A stretch of 64,000 nucleotides of DNA from Macrostomum lignano (GCA_002269645.1 NIVC01000069.1:353498-417497); one strand, 5' to 3'. Shown: positions 36,459 through 49,364, counted from the first letter of the stretch. Numbers and translations: made by a program. The notes: a model not told the origin generated them from the sequence alone.

Positions 36459-39400
36459 ATGCGAGTTGGCAGATTAAAAATCACCGAATTATTGAAATTC
36501 CTGGTCGCCTGCGGAATCGGCTACACTCTGAGGGTTTTAATTGAATCGTCCAATTATAAATATTCTAGCTCGCTGGCGGGAGAGCGGCTTAATGCCGTTA
36601 ATTCGATTAGCGAATCGGAGACTGTCGAACAGACTCGAAAGCGGCTCTGTGGCGACATTCACGAGCAGCTGAAGATGCCCTACAGACCGGGTCACGAGAA
36701 TGAGACCATTGAGTATCGCTTCTTCACGCTGGTCAGTTTAGCTGCTGTTGCACTCTTATGGCTGATCCTTGCACCAGACCGCCTGCCTCCCAGGTCCCAG
36801 ATCCTCAGTTGCTGGGCCAGCCTGCAGATTCTCAGTTGCTGGGCCAGCCTGCAGATTCTCAGTTGCTGGGTCAGCCTCCCAGATCCTCAGTTGCTGGGCC
36901 AGCCTCCAGATCCCCAGTTGCTGGGTCAGCCTCCCAGATCCCCAGTTGCTGGGTCAGCCTCCCAGATCCTCAGTTGCTGGGCCAGCCTCCAGATCCCCAG
37001 TTGCTGGGTCAGCCTCCCAGATCCCCAGTTGCTGGGTTAGCCTCACAGATCCTCAGTTGCTGGGCCAGCCTCCCAGATCCCCAGTTGCTATAGATCCTCT
37101 ATAACCGCAGTCGCAATCCCGAAACCCCGCAGGACACTTTGTACGATGTGCACCGCTCGGTGCCGAGAACCTCGCTGAAAAAGTACCAGTCAAACGACAT
37201 CAGGCAGCTGCTGCACGAAGCCTTCCCTCTGCTCAATGCCGAGGGCGGCCACCGCTTCGACATTGACGGTCTACGCGGCGGCTACGAACGTATTGACCCG
37301 CTGCGCGGTAAAGAGTACATTCTGTACTTGAATTTATCTAGGCGTAAGCGAACTGGCAAATCATCAGAGATTGCTCAGTTAAGATTGGTCAGGCCGTTCT
37401 CTAGCCTGTACGTCACCTCTAGGACTCATTATGGTGCTCGGCCAACCGCTCACGAAGCGGTGCACCTGATTCTACCCGCTCCGTTTGAGTTAGTTAGCCA
37501 CTTACTGGCCTGGTTGGAAGACTTTTCTAAGCGAGTTTTTCCCAGCGCTAGAAATGTACAGGTGAGTACAGGCTTTTTAATAAGTGCCCACTTGCCATTT
37601 CATATTTGTTTTAGATTCTGCTACTTTCCTTCCTACAATGGAATCCGCCCCTTCCTACTATTTGGAATCCGCGGCACCGCCCTTCCCTACAATGAAATCC
37701 TCCCTTTCCTACGAGTACTGTTGAATCCGCCCCTTCTTACAATGGAATCCGCCCTTACCTACAATGGAATCCGCCCCTTCCTACTATTTTGAATCCTCCC
37801 CTTCCTACCATGGAATCTGCCCTTTCCTACAATGGAATCTGCCCTTTCCTACAATGGAATCTGCCCTTTCCTACAATGGAATCCGCCCCTTCCTACAATG
37901 GAATCCGCCCCTTCCTACAATGGAATCTGCCCTTTCCTACAATGGAATCCGCCCCTTCCTACAATGGAATCCGCCCCTTCCTACAATGGAATCTGCCCTT
38001 TCCTACAATGGAATCCGCCCCTTCCTACAATGGAATCCGCCCTTTCCTACAATGGAATCCGCCCCTTCCTACCGGTACAATTTGGAATCCGCCCCTTCCT
38101 ACAATGGAATCCGCCCTTTCCTACAATGGAATCCGCTCCTTCCTACAATATAATCCGCCCCTTCCTACAATGGAATCCGCCCCTTCCTACAATTTGGAAT
38201 CCGCCCCTTCCTACAATGGAATCCGCCCTTTCCTACTATTTTGAATCCGCCCCTTCCTACCATGGAATCCTCCCTTTCCTATAATGGAATCCGCCCCTTT
38301 CTACAATGGAATTCGCCCTTTTCTACAATGGAATCCGCCCCTTCCTACAATGGAATCCGCCCCTTCCTACAATGGAATCCGTCCCTTCCTACAATTTAAA
38401 ATCCGCCTCTTCCTACAATGGAATCCGCCCTTTCCTACAATGGAATCCGCCCCTTCCTACAATGGAATCCGCCCTTTCCTACAATGGAATTCGCCCTTTC
38501 CTACAATGGAATCCGCCCCTTCCTACAATGGAATCCGCCCCTTCCTACAATGGAATCCGCCCCTTCCTACAATGGAATCCGCCCTTTCCTACAATGGAAT
38601 TCGCCCTTTCCTACAATGGAATCCGCCCCTTCCTACAATGGAATCCGCCCCTTCCTACAATGGAATCCGCCCCTTCCTACAATTTGGAATCCGCCCTTTC
38701 CTACAATGGAATCCGCCCTTTCCTACAATGGAATCCGCCCCTTCCTACAATGGAACCGCCCTTTCCTATAACGAAAATGCGCTGACGTCACTCTCGTATT
38801 CAACTATGCCAACCTTTCACCCCCCCCCCCCCAGGTAAGCCTGGTGGTATTCAACCTGGGCAACAATTCGCCCGAACAGCTGAAGCCACTACGGGATGGC
38901 CTCAGCCGTCTGGAACATGCTCGGCCGGGCCTGCACCTGACTCAGAATCTGATCCTGACCCAGCGTCGATTCTCCTCGGCATTTGGCAAACGCTTGGCTA
39001 TGAAACGCCTGCCAATGGAAGCTGAGCTAGTATTAGCCGACTTGTTCTTTCAGTTCCGGCCAGACTTCTTTGACAGATGCCGATCGGCTCTGATGCAGAA
39101 GCAGCTGGCTGAGCAGCAAAGAGACGACAACGATGAGCCAGCGCCAGGGCCAAGCGACTCAGTGCTCAGCGTGGTACCATTCTCGCTCTATAGTAAAGAA
39201 TTCTCAGCGTCATCATCAACAACCGCTGCTATTGACTCGCTATCAATCGATAAATCCACCGGCTATTGGGATCACGAGTCGCGCGATATCTATTGTATTA
39301 GACGTCGGACATTTGATAAAGTTGGCGGATTTACTAGCAGCAGTAGTACTAGTAGCAAATTATCTGCAGACTCTGAGGCTGGCCAGCTGCTATCTACTGA

Positions 39401-39674
39401 AGCTAATAGGCGCCTATTCGCTAATATTGTACGACGCGGCTCGGCTACTATTGAATTGGTTCGTTCAGCCGATCCGGGCGTGTATTTAAATCATCACGTT
39501 TTACCTGGCGGCTGTCCCAGGTATGCTCTGTTTGGCTATATGACTCTGGCCGAGTGTCGGGCTAGACTAGATCGAAGTCTGGCGTCTAGAGTGTCTCTGG
39601 CCGAGCGGATGCTGGGATCCGCTGATGACGCTGCCGCTGCTGCCGCCGGAGCTACAGGAACCACTGTCGGTTGA
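36459..39674 (+). CDS. CHPF/CSGalNAcT-like chondroitin glycosyltransferase (CHGN domain), type II membrane; exons 36459-36731, 37133-37561, 38835-39674
   Basis: N-terminal TM; FFTL|DTLYDV, GYERIDPLRGKEYILYL, LVRPFS, VHLILP, V|SLVVF, FFDRCR, TGYWD, KVGGF, LVRSADP motifs; phase-0 GT-AG junctions. Confidence 0.85.
36790..37090. repeat. 28-bp minisatellite in intron 1
   Basis: cagatcctcagttgctgggccagcctcc; reverse complement of the 15370-15730 unit. Confidence 0.95.
37620..38770. repeat. 22-bp minisatellite in intron 2
   Basis: cctacaatggaatccgcccctt. Confidence 0.95.
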
Positions 39675-39899
39675 GTTGTTTTTTTTATTTGAGCTAGTAA
39701 TAGCAGTATTGATTGATTGAGTTGTTTGTTTGATTCTTTCAAATTTCTATCTGCATACAGTAGGAATATTGTATTGTTTAATGCTTTCCGGTTGCTTGGT
39801 TATGGCTTTGAAATCTGTTTGTTTTGCTTTTGGTCAGCTAAATGGTCTGCTTTGCATTGGTTGCTTTCTATAAGTATTCGCATTTGTTGCTAAGACCTT

Positions 39900-40200
39900 T
39901 TCTCAGATTGGTTGCTATGGGATAATGCATACGTTGGTTGTCAGGGCTAAGTATTCAGATTGGTTGCTATGGAAAATACTCAGATTAGTTGTTAAGGCAA
40001 ATACTCAGATTGGTTGCTAGGGGCAGATGCTCAGATTGGTTGCTAGGGCAAATACTCAGATTGATTGCTATGGCAAATAATCAGATTGGTTGCTAGGGCA
40101 AATACTCAGATTGGTTGCTATGGCAAATAATCAGATTGGTTGCTAGGGCAAATACTCAGATTGGTTGCTAGAGCTAATCGTTGGATTAGTTGCCAAGGCC
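39900..40200. promoter_or_regulatory. ~25-bp tandem array of CCAAT-box and X-box-like motifs
   Basis: tcagattggttgcta(g/t)ggcaaatac, about 11 degenerate copies; ATTGG abuts GTTGCTATGGCAA. Confidence 0.4.
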
Positions 40201-40859
40201 TGAAAGATTGGTTGGTCCAGGCGTGGTAAACTGCAAACTGCAAGTTGTTAATCCTGCTGTGTTTCATGTATGTATCAATAGCTTTTTTACTAGTCTACCT
40301 GTTCATTAATTTCCATGATTTAAGAAGTAAATTTGTATTGCCTAATTAAAATCATTAGCTAATTCTACCGCTAATCTCAAGCTCGCGTTTTTGCTCTAAG
40401 GTTGTTAAACTGTATGCTTAATAATCTGCTGAATCCATGTAAAAATTGTTATTACATGGTTTGGTTCTCTTTTATTGATTAATTGCATACTAAGTAATTA
40501 ATAACAAAAGTAACTTATGTATTTGTAAATTAACATTTTAAACTCCCATCTGTTCTATAGATATTTCTAAGAATTGGTTTTACTTTCGCTATTTTGTTAC
40601 TACAGTACAGGTTATGGTAATTAGACAACTGAATGTGTTCAGCAACTCGCTCATCGGTTTTAATTGATACTTTTTGTATATTGCATAGTGTCCTCTTATT
40701 TGTAACACGTGGTGAATTGGATTGCAGATTAACACGAAATATATATGCTTTCTGAAATTGTTTCATTCATCTTCTAAAATCTTTTTTTTATTGAGGCCCG
40801 CCGTTAAAATTGTTTTCTTATTCATTTTTTCAACTCTAGCAGTTACTTATTGTCTGACT

Positions 40860-43045
40860 GCAACCGCCCTCAGTCCCTGCAGCCACCCTCAATCCCCTGC
40901 AGCCTCCCTCAATCCCCTGCAGCCTCCCTCAATCCACTGCAGCCACCCTCAATCCCCTGCAGCCTCCCTCAATCCCCTGCAGCCTCCCTCAATCCACTGC
41001 AGCCACCCTCAATCCCCTGCAGCCTCCCTCAATCCCCTGCAACCACCCCTGCAGCCACCCTCAATCCCCTGCAACCACCCCTGCAGCCACCCTCAATCCC
41101 CTGCAGCCACCCTCAATCCCCTGCAGCCACCCTCAATCCCCTGCAGCCACCCTCAATCCCCTGCAGCCACCCTCAATCCCCTGCAACCACCCCTGCAGCC
41201 ACCCTCAATCCCCTGCAGCCTCCATCAATCCCCTGCAGCCGCCCTCAATCCCCTGCAGCCACCCTCAATCCCCTGCAGCCACCCTCAATCCCCTGCAGCC
41301 ACCCTCAATCCCCTGCAGCCACCCTCAATCCCCTGCAGCCACCCTCAATCCCCTGCAACCACCCCTGCAGCCACCCTCAATCCCCTGCAGCCTCCCTCAA
41401 TCCCCTGCAGCCACCCTCAATTTCCTGCAGCCACCCTCAATCCCCTGCAACCACCCCTGCAACCACCCTCAATCCCCTGCAGCCACCCTCAATCCCCTGC
41501 AGCCGCCCTCAATTTCCTGCAGCCGCCCTCAATCCCCTGCAGCCACCCTCAATCCCCTGCAGCCACCCTCAATCCCCTGCAGCCACCCTCAATCCCCTGC
41601 AGCCACCCTCAATCCCCTGCAGCCACCCTCAATCCCCTGCAGCCACCCTCAATCCCCTGCAGCCTCCCTCAATCCCCTGCAGCCACCCTCAATCCCCTGC
41701 AACCACCCCTGCAACCACCCTCAATCCCCTGCAGCCACCCTCAATCCCCTGCAGCCGCCCTCAATTTCCTGCAGCCGCCCTCAATCCCCTGCAGCCACCC
41801 TCAATCCCCTGCAGCCACCCTCAATCCCCTGCAGCCACCCTCAATCCCCTGCAGCCACCCTCAATCCCCTGCAGCCACCCTCAATCCCCTGCAACCACCC
41901 CTGCAGCCACCCTCAATCCCCTGCAGCCACCCTCAATCCCCTGCAGCCTCCATCAATCCCCTGCAGCCACCCTCAATCCCCTGCAGCCACCCTCAATCCC
42001 CTGCAGCCACCCTCAATCCCCTGCAGCCACCCTCAATCCCCTGCAGCCACCCTCAATCCCCTGCAGCCACCCTCAATCCCTGCAACCACCCCTGCAGCCA
42101 CCCTCAATCCCCTGCAGCCTCCCTCAATCCCCTGCAGCCACCCTCAATTTCCTGCAGCCACCCTCAATCCCCTGCAACCACCCCTGCAACCACCCTCAAT
42201 CCCCTGCAGCCACCCTCAATCCCTGCAGCCGCCCTCAATTTCCTGCAGCCGCCCTCAATCCCCTGCAGCCACCCTCAATCCCCTGCAGCCACCCTCAATC
42301 CCCTGCAGCCACCCTCAATCCCCTGCAGCCACCCTCAATCCCCTGCAGCCACCCTCAATCCCCTGCAACCACCCCTGCAGCCACCCTCAATCCCCTGCAG
42401 CCACCCTCAATCCCCTGCAGCCACCCTCAATCCCCTGCAGCCTCCATCAATCCCCTGCAGCCACCCTCAATCCCCTGCAGCCACCCTCAATCCCCTGCAG
42501 CCTCCATCAATCCCCTGCAGCCACCCTCAATCCCCTGCAGCCACCCTCAATCCCCTGCAGCCACCCTCAATCCCCTGCAGCCACCCTCAATCCCCTGCAG
42601 CCACCCTCAATCCCCTGCAGCCACCCTCAATCCCCTGCAGCCACCCTCAATCCCCTGCAACCACCCCTGCAGCCACCCTCAATCCCCTGCAGCCTCCCTC
42701 AATCCCCTGCAGCCACCCTCAATTTCCTGCAGCCACCCTCAATCCCCTGCAACCACCCCTGCAACCACCCTCAATCCCCTGCAGCCACCCTCAATCCCCT
42801 GCAGCCGCCCTCAATTTCCTGCAGCCGCCCTCAATCCCCTGCAGCCGCCCTCAATTTCCTGCAGCCGCCCTCAATCCCCTGCAGCCGCCCTCAATTTCCT
42901 GCAGCCACCCTCAATCCCCTGCAGCCACCCTCAATCCCCTGCAGCCGCCCTCAATTTCCTGCAGCCGCCCTCAATCCCCTGCAGCCGCCCTCAATTCCCT
43001 GCAACCACCCCCTGCAGCCACCCTCAATCCCCTGCAACCGCCCTC
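40860..43045. repeat. 20-bp minisatellite ending ~30 bp upstream of the EXO1 ATG
   Basis: cctgcagccaccctcaatcc with 13-bp variants, about 100 copies. Confidence 0.95.
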
Positions 43046-43077
43046 AAAATCTCCGCAACCGCCCGCCCGCAGCCGGC

Positions 43078-46000
43078 ATGGGCATTACCGGCCTGCTACC
43101 CTATTTAAAAGCATCTGGCCGACCAATTTCAATACGCGAATTGGCCGGTCAAACGGTGGCGGTTGACACCTATTGCTGGCTGCACAAAGGCGCGTACGCC
43201 TGCGCAGAGAAGCTGGGATCCGGCCAGGACACTGATCAATATGTGCACTACTGCATGCGCTATCTCAGGCTGCTGCTAGCTAACCGATTGAAAGTTGTGC
43301 TGGTGTTTGACGGGCGAAATCTGCCAGCTAAGGCCGACGTTGAGCATAAGAGACGAGAGTGAGTATTCGAATTAATAGTTTAGCCTGCTGCTAGTAGCTA
43401 GTCTTTTAACTGATTTTTCTGATTATCTCATGAGGAAAAACTCAAGCTTGAAATCTGAAACCTGAAATCCCAAAACTGAAATCCCAAGCCTGAAATCCCA
43501 AACCTGAACTCTCAAGCCTGAAATCCCAAGCACGAAATTCCAAACCTGAAGTCCCAAGCCTGAAATCCCAAACCTGAAATTCCAAGCACGAAATTCCAAA
43601 CCTGAAGTCCCAAACCTGAAATCCCAAGCCTGAAATCTGAAACCTCAAATCTCAAGCCTGAAATCCCAAACCTGAAATCCCAAGCACGAAATTCCAAACC
43701 TGAAGTCCCAAACCTGAAATCCCAAGCACGAAATTCCAAAGCTGAAGTCCCAAACCTGAAATCCCAAGCCTGAAATCCCAAACCTGAAATCCCAAGCCTG
43801 AAATCCCAAGCACGAAATTCCAAACCTGAAATCTCAAACCTCAAATCCCAAACCTGAAATCCCAAACCTCAAATCTCAAGCCTGAAATCCCAAACGTGAA
43901 GTCCCAAACGTGAAGTCCCAAACCTAAACCCAAAACCTAAAATCTCAAACCTGAAATCTCAAACCTCAAGTCTCACGCCTGAAGTCTCAGCCTCAACATT
44001 TCTGAGCAAAACTCTGATGCTTCAACTCTCAAACCCGAAGTCCCAAGTCAGGTAAAGTGGCCCCCTGAAATTGATCGCCCACCCCCAGGACCCGCGCAGC
44101 CTACAAGCGCAAGGCTCTGCAGTTGCTGGCCGAAGGTCGCTCAGCCGAGGCGCGCGAAGCTTTCGAACGCTGCATCGACGTGACGCCAAGCATGGCTCTG
44201 GCGCTGATGCGGTCCGCCAGGAAGGAGGGCGCCGACACCATTGTGGCGCCGTACGAGGCTGACGCTCAGCTCACGCACCTCTGCAACGCCGGGTTGGTTG
44301 ACGCGGTCATCAGCGAGGACAGCGACCTGCTAGCGTTCGGGTGCAAGCGGGTGCGCTGTGTTCATTTGCTATGTGAATTGCTGTGCTTCTGTTCTGTGAT
44401 GTGGCGCCGCCATTTCCTCATCCTGGTCCTTTGATGTGGCGCCGCCATTTCCTCATCCTGGTCCTTTGACGTGGCGCCGCCATTTCCTCATCCTGGTCCT
44501 TTGATGTGGCGCCGCCATTTCCTCATCCTGGTCCTTTGATGTGGCGCCGCCATTTCCTCATCCTGGTCCTTTGATGTGGCGCCGCCATTTCCTCATCCTG
44601 GTCCTTTGATGTGGCGCCGCCATTTCCTCATCCTGGTCCTTTGATGTGGCGCCGCCATCCCCTCATCCTGGTCATTTGATGTGGCGCCGCCATTTTCTCA
44701 TCCTGGTCCTTTGATGTGGCGCCGCCACTACCTCATCCTGGTCCTTTGATGTGGCGCCGCCATCCCCTCATTCCGGTCCTTTGATGTGGCGCCGCCATCC
44801 CCTCATTCCGGTCCTTTGATGTGGCGCCGCAGCGATGATTTATGTTTACATCATGAAAACTGTGAATTTTCAATCTTATCGGAAGCACAAGTTGACTCTT
44901 TACAAACTTAACTTTTGCACTACTATCCATAAGTAAGATATTAGAGTTTTATGCTATTATTTATTCTGCACGCTCAAACAGGTGATATTCAAACTGGACA
45001 GTCAGGGCAACGGCCTGCTAATGGATCGCCGTCAAATTGCTCGCCAGTTGTGCATACCCGCTTCAGCTGACGATCCTAATTCAGCCGAGGCTACCGGCTC
45101 AACTGGCATGACCTGGGCCAAGTTCCGCTGGATGTGCATCCTGTCCGGCTGCGACTATTTCTCCGGCGTGCCCGGCGTTGGCCTGGCCACCGCGGCCGGC
45201 ATTGTTAAACGGACCTGTTTAGATCTGCGCGGATTGGCTAATAAACTGTTTCTCTATGCTAAGAAAGTGCAACGCTTGAGTAAAGAACAGGTGGAAGCTG
45301 TTGTTAGAGCCGATCTTACCTTTCAGTATCAGGTGAGGTTGAATCATTTTTTCTAACTTCTTTCGTTAACACATCAGTCTTTCTATTTTGTCTCTGATCC
45401 CACTATTTTATCCCTATTTTTTCCTCTCTGATCCCACTATTTTATCCCTATTTTTTCCTCTCTGATCCCCTTATTTATCCCTATTTTCCCTCTCTGATCC
45501 CCTTATTTTATCCCTATTTTTCCCGTCTATTTCCCCCTTATTTTATCCCTATTTTACCTCTCTGATCCCCTTATTTTATCCCTATTTTTCCCGTCTATTT
45601 TCCCCCTTATTTTATCCCTATTTTACCTCTCTGATCCCCTTATTTTATCCCTATTTTCCCCTCTATTCTCCCCTTATTTTATCCCTATTTTCCCTCTATT
45701 CTCCCATTATTTTATCCCTTTTCCCCTTTTCTGATCCATTTCTGTTATCCCCTGTTTCCCCTTTCTGATCCCCTTCCTTCATCCCTTGTTGCGGCTGTCT
45801 AATTCCCTTATACCAATGTCCCCTACCTTACTGCTTCCAGGTGGTATTCGATCCTATCCAACGTCGCCAATGCCGATTGAACACTCCACCATCGGCTGCA
45901 GAATCCGAGGCGGAAGCGCCATCAAATTTGGACTTTGCCGGCAGCATTCTGTCAGACAACGCTTTGGCCCTGCAGCTGGCTCACGGCAATGTCGACTTTC

Positions 46001-47985
46001 GCACTATGGAACCCGTGGCCGACTTCGATCCTGCTGATATTGGCACTCCAAATAATAACAAAAATATTCCTACTACTAATAGTAGCAAAAACAGTTCGTC
46101 GATTATTTGGGCTGGCGACGGGTCGAAACTTGATCGGCGAATAGCTAGCGAGGCGAGCATAGTTGGAGCTGGCAACTCGCCGTACTTTAGCAGCATGTCT
46201 GGCTGGTGAGTCTGGGTGATGATGACCTCTGATAATACCATCCAAGTAACTTACCATTTAAACCTAAAATCGCCCCTGAATAATTCAAATCATGACATGA
46301 GAATCTGTCATGAATAAATGGCTCTAAATCATGTCATAACGATTATTAGCTAGTCTTATAATTTTCTCAATTGAACGCAAACTGCCCCCCCCAGCAGTGG
46401 CAGCGGCTCCGCCATCTCTGCATCGTTGTGGCGAACCGACTCAACTAACAGCATCGGCATTGGCGCCACTTCATCTAGCGCGGCTGGCGTTGGCAGTACT
46501 GAACGACTCTGTCGACTCTATTCTAGTCTGTCCTCGGACAGTCTGCTGGCCGCCGAGGTGGCCACCGTGGCCGAAACTGACGAGAAAGAAAACTCGGAGA
46601 CTTCAGCCAGGCTGGATGACGAGATTCCGGCTAATCAAGCGTGGCCTGCCGATGTTGTTGAGAGTAAGCTGAACAGACCACCCCACTCCCTTGTTCGCCC
46701 ACCCCACTCCCTTGTGCACCCACCCCACTCCCTTGTGCACCCACCCCACTCCCTTGTGCACCCACCCCACTCCCTTGTGCAGCCACCCCACTCCCTTGTA
46801 CACCCACCCCACTCCCTTGTGCACCCACCCCACTCCCTTGTGCACCCACCCCACTCCCTTGTGCAGCCACCCCACTCCCTTGTACACCCACCCCACTCTC
46901 TTGTGCAGCCACCCCACTCCCTTGTGCACCCACCCCACTCCATTGTGCAGCCACCCTACTCCCTTGTACACCCGCCCACTCTCTTGTGCAGCCACCCCAC
47001 TCCCTTGTGCAGCCACCCCACTCCCTTGTGCAGCCACCCCACTCCCTTGTACACCCACCCCACTCTCTTGTGCAGCCACCCCACTCCCTTGTGCACCCAC
47101 CCCACTCCATTGTGCAGCCACCCTACTCCGTTGTACACCCGCCCACTCTCTTGTGCAGCCACCCCACTCCCTTGTGCAGCCACCCCACTCCCTTGTGCAC
47201 CCACCCCACTCCCTTGTGCAGCCACCCCACTCCCTTGTACACCCACCCCACTCTCTTGTGCAGCCACCCCACTCCCTTGTGCACCCACCCCACTCCCTTG
47301 TGCACCCACCCCACTCCCTTGTGCACCCACCCCACTCCATTGTGCACCCATCCCGCTCCTTTGTGCACCCACCCCACTCCCATGTACAGCCACCCCACTC
47401 CCTTGTGCGCCCACCCCACTGTTGTGTAGCCACCCACTCCCTTGTGCAGCCACCCCACTCCACTTTGAAACCATACCCCACTCTTCAAACCCTGCAGTCG
47501 CCGATCTAACTCCGTCGGACGCCCCGGCAACCAGCGGCAGTCAGCAGCAGCTTCGACAGCCAGAATTTCGTCTATTCGGCGAGCCGGCAGCCCGCAGCCA
47601 GCCTCTGCTGCCAGTTCGACCGCTGGCGGCCGCCTCTGAGCAGCCAAAGCGGCGTCAATCTGTACTCAGTCGCTACTTTCGATCGGCATCCTCTAAGTCG
47701 CCTTCCGATTCGTCTCCAGGCCTACGCCGTCAACTATTTTCCCCGGCTAGTTCGCAACAGTCGCCCTCGCCATCGCCCTCGCCTAGAGAGAGCGATGCGC
47801 TCGAACCGGCAAGGAAGAAGTCTCGATCGGTGTCCAGTAACAATGCTCCATTCAAGTCGCCGACATTGTCGAATTCAAAGCCAGCTGCTTTTGGTGCTGA
47901 TCGATCCTCGCTATTGGACAGGTTCAGCGCTAGTCGGCCTGCTCAGATTGGCGGCTCGGGCGATACTGCAGTTGACGATGATTGA
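43078..47985 (+). CDS. EXO1: Exonuclease 1 (XPG/Rad2 family); exons 43078-43358, 44089-44350, 44982-45332, 45841-46205, 46395-46663, 47498-47985; ~671 aa
   Basis: MGITGLLP, VAVDTYCWLHKG, LVFDG..LPAK, VAPYEADAQL, ISEDSDLLAFG, CILSGCDY, FQYQ|VVFDP; consistent GT-AG phases. Confidence 0.95.
43440..44040. repeat. 14-bp minisatellite in EXO1 intron 1
   Basis: aaacctgaaatccc. Confidence 0.95.
44400..44830. repeat. 35-bp minisatellite in EXO1 intron 2
   Basis: tgatgtggcgccgccatttcctcatcctggtcctt. Confidence 0.95.
45390..45790. repeat. Degenerate pyrimidine-rich minisatellite in EXO1 intron 3
   Basis: ctgatccccttattttatccctatttt. Confidence 0.85.
46675..47460. repeat. 21-bp minisatellite in EXO1 intron 5
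   Basis: caccccactcccttgtgcagc / ...gcacc. Confidence 0.95.
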
Positions 47986-48074
47986 CAAGCATTCTTTGTG
48001 TTTGTTCTAACGGTACAGTTTTCTACCGTGCTTTATATGCTGCGAGCTTTATCTGACTCCACTATCTACAAGAC

Positions 48075-48490
48075 ACCCACCTCACCCCATTGGACACCCA
48101 CCTCGCTCCATTGGACACCCACCTCACCCCATTGGACACCCAACTCACTCCATTGGACACCCACCTCACCCCATTGGACACCCACCTCACTCCATTGGAC
48201 ACCCACCTCACTCCATTGGACACCCACCTCACTTCTTTGGATGCCCCAACTCACTCCATTGGACATCCATCTCACTCCATTAGATACCCACCCCACTCGA
48301 TTGGATACCCACCCCACTCGATTGGATACCCACCTCACTCCATTGGATACCCACCTCACTCCATTGGCCACCCACCTCAATCCATTGGACACCCACCTCA
48401 CTCCATTGCACACCCACCTCACTTCACTGCACACCCACCTCACTCCATTGGACACCCACCTCACTCCATTGCATACCCACCTCAGCCCAC
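48075..48490. repeat. 21-bp minisatellite downstream of EXO1
   Basis: cacccacctcactccattgga. Confidence 0.9.
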
Positions 48491-49254
48491 CTCGCTCATT
48501 ATCATAGGTAGTATATTTTGAGTGTCTTTCTAGCATTGAGTCCAGTTTATCTAAAATCCAATTTTATTTTATAACTCTAGTTTGCTTTGTTTACAAGCAT
48601 TTTTGTATACAATAATTCTGCTTTAAACAGTTGACCTAATTAGTATATTATAATTTAATTTAATAACCGATTTTTCTATGCAATTTATAAACAGTTAGCT
48701 TGCATTTGTTTAGGCAATCTATCACTGTTAACTGAGTTAATTCTTTACTGCTGATAAAGTTCCATTTTAATAACAGTTATAATGCAATTCTGCCCTGCAT
48801 TTTCGGATACCATATTTTAAAAGTTTTTTTTTCTGTTTGTAACTTGTCCTGTTGTCAATTTAGCAATAAATATCACTAATAAGTGATTCAAAAGTCTTTG
48901 ATAAACATTTAAAAAAACAGCATTTTTGATTGGTTGGTTCTTTCAAAAATGATTTGAAAACATTTGCCAGAGACAACTTGCTGATCGAATATCATTGGGT
49001 AAAGCAACTTGCCCTTTTAAGCTGCAGATTGTTTAGTCACTCAAACTCATGCGTACATCGGTACATGTTTAAAGTTTTTGTTAGTTTGACTTAGCATGTA
49101 GAATCATTTTGCTGTTTTAAGGCGTATCGAAGTTAGACAAGATCGAATGCTGCTCGTAAATGTTTATAATTTCAGAGATTCAATTTTTGTTAACGTAGCT
49201 AATAGGCCTTTTTTATAACAAATTTTACGTTAAATTCTACAAGGACAACAGTAA

Positions 49255-49292
49255 AGGCACAGACAGACAGAGAGATAGACAGACAGAGAGGC

Positions 49293-49328
<36 letters not shown>

Positions 49329-49364
49329 GGACAGACAGACAGACAGATAGACGGACAGACAGAT

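Noticed and set aside
35216-36544. 442-aa LIADCHS repeat ORF
   Set aside because: By-product of a 21-bp minisatellite, open in several frames and both strands; no credible start
40722-43166. 814/752-aa Pro-rich ORFs
   Set aside because: Translations of the 20-bp satellite; frames differ from EXO1
45327-45846. CAG|GT direct repeats at both ends of several introns as introner-type TSDs
   Set aside because: Explained by ordinary splice and proto-splice consensus; introns share no sequence
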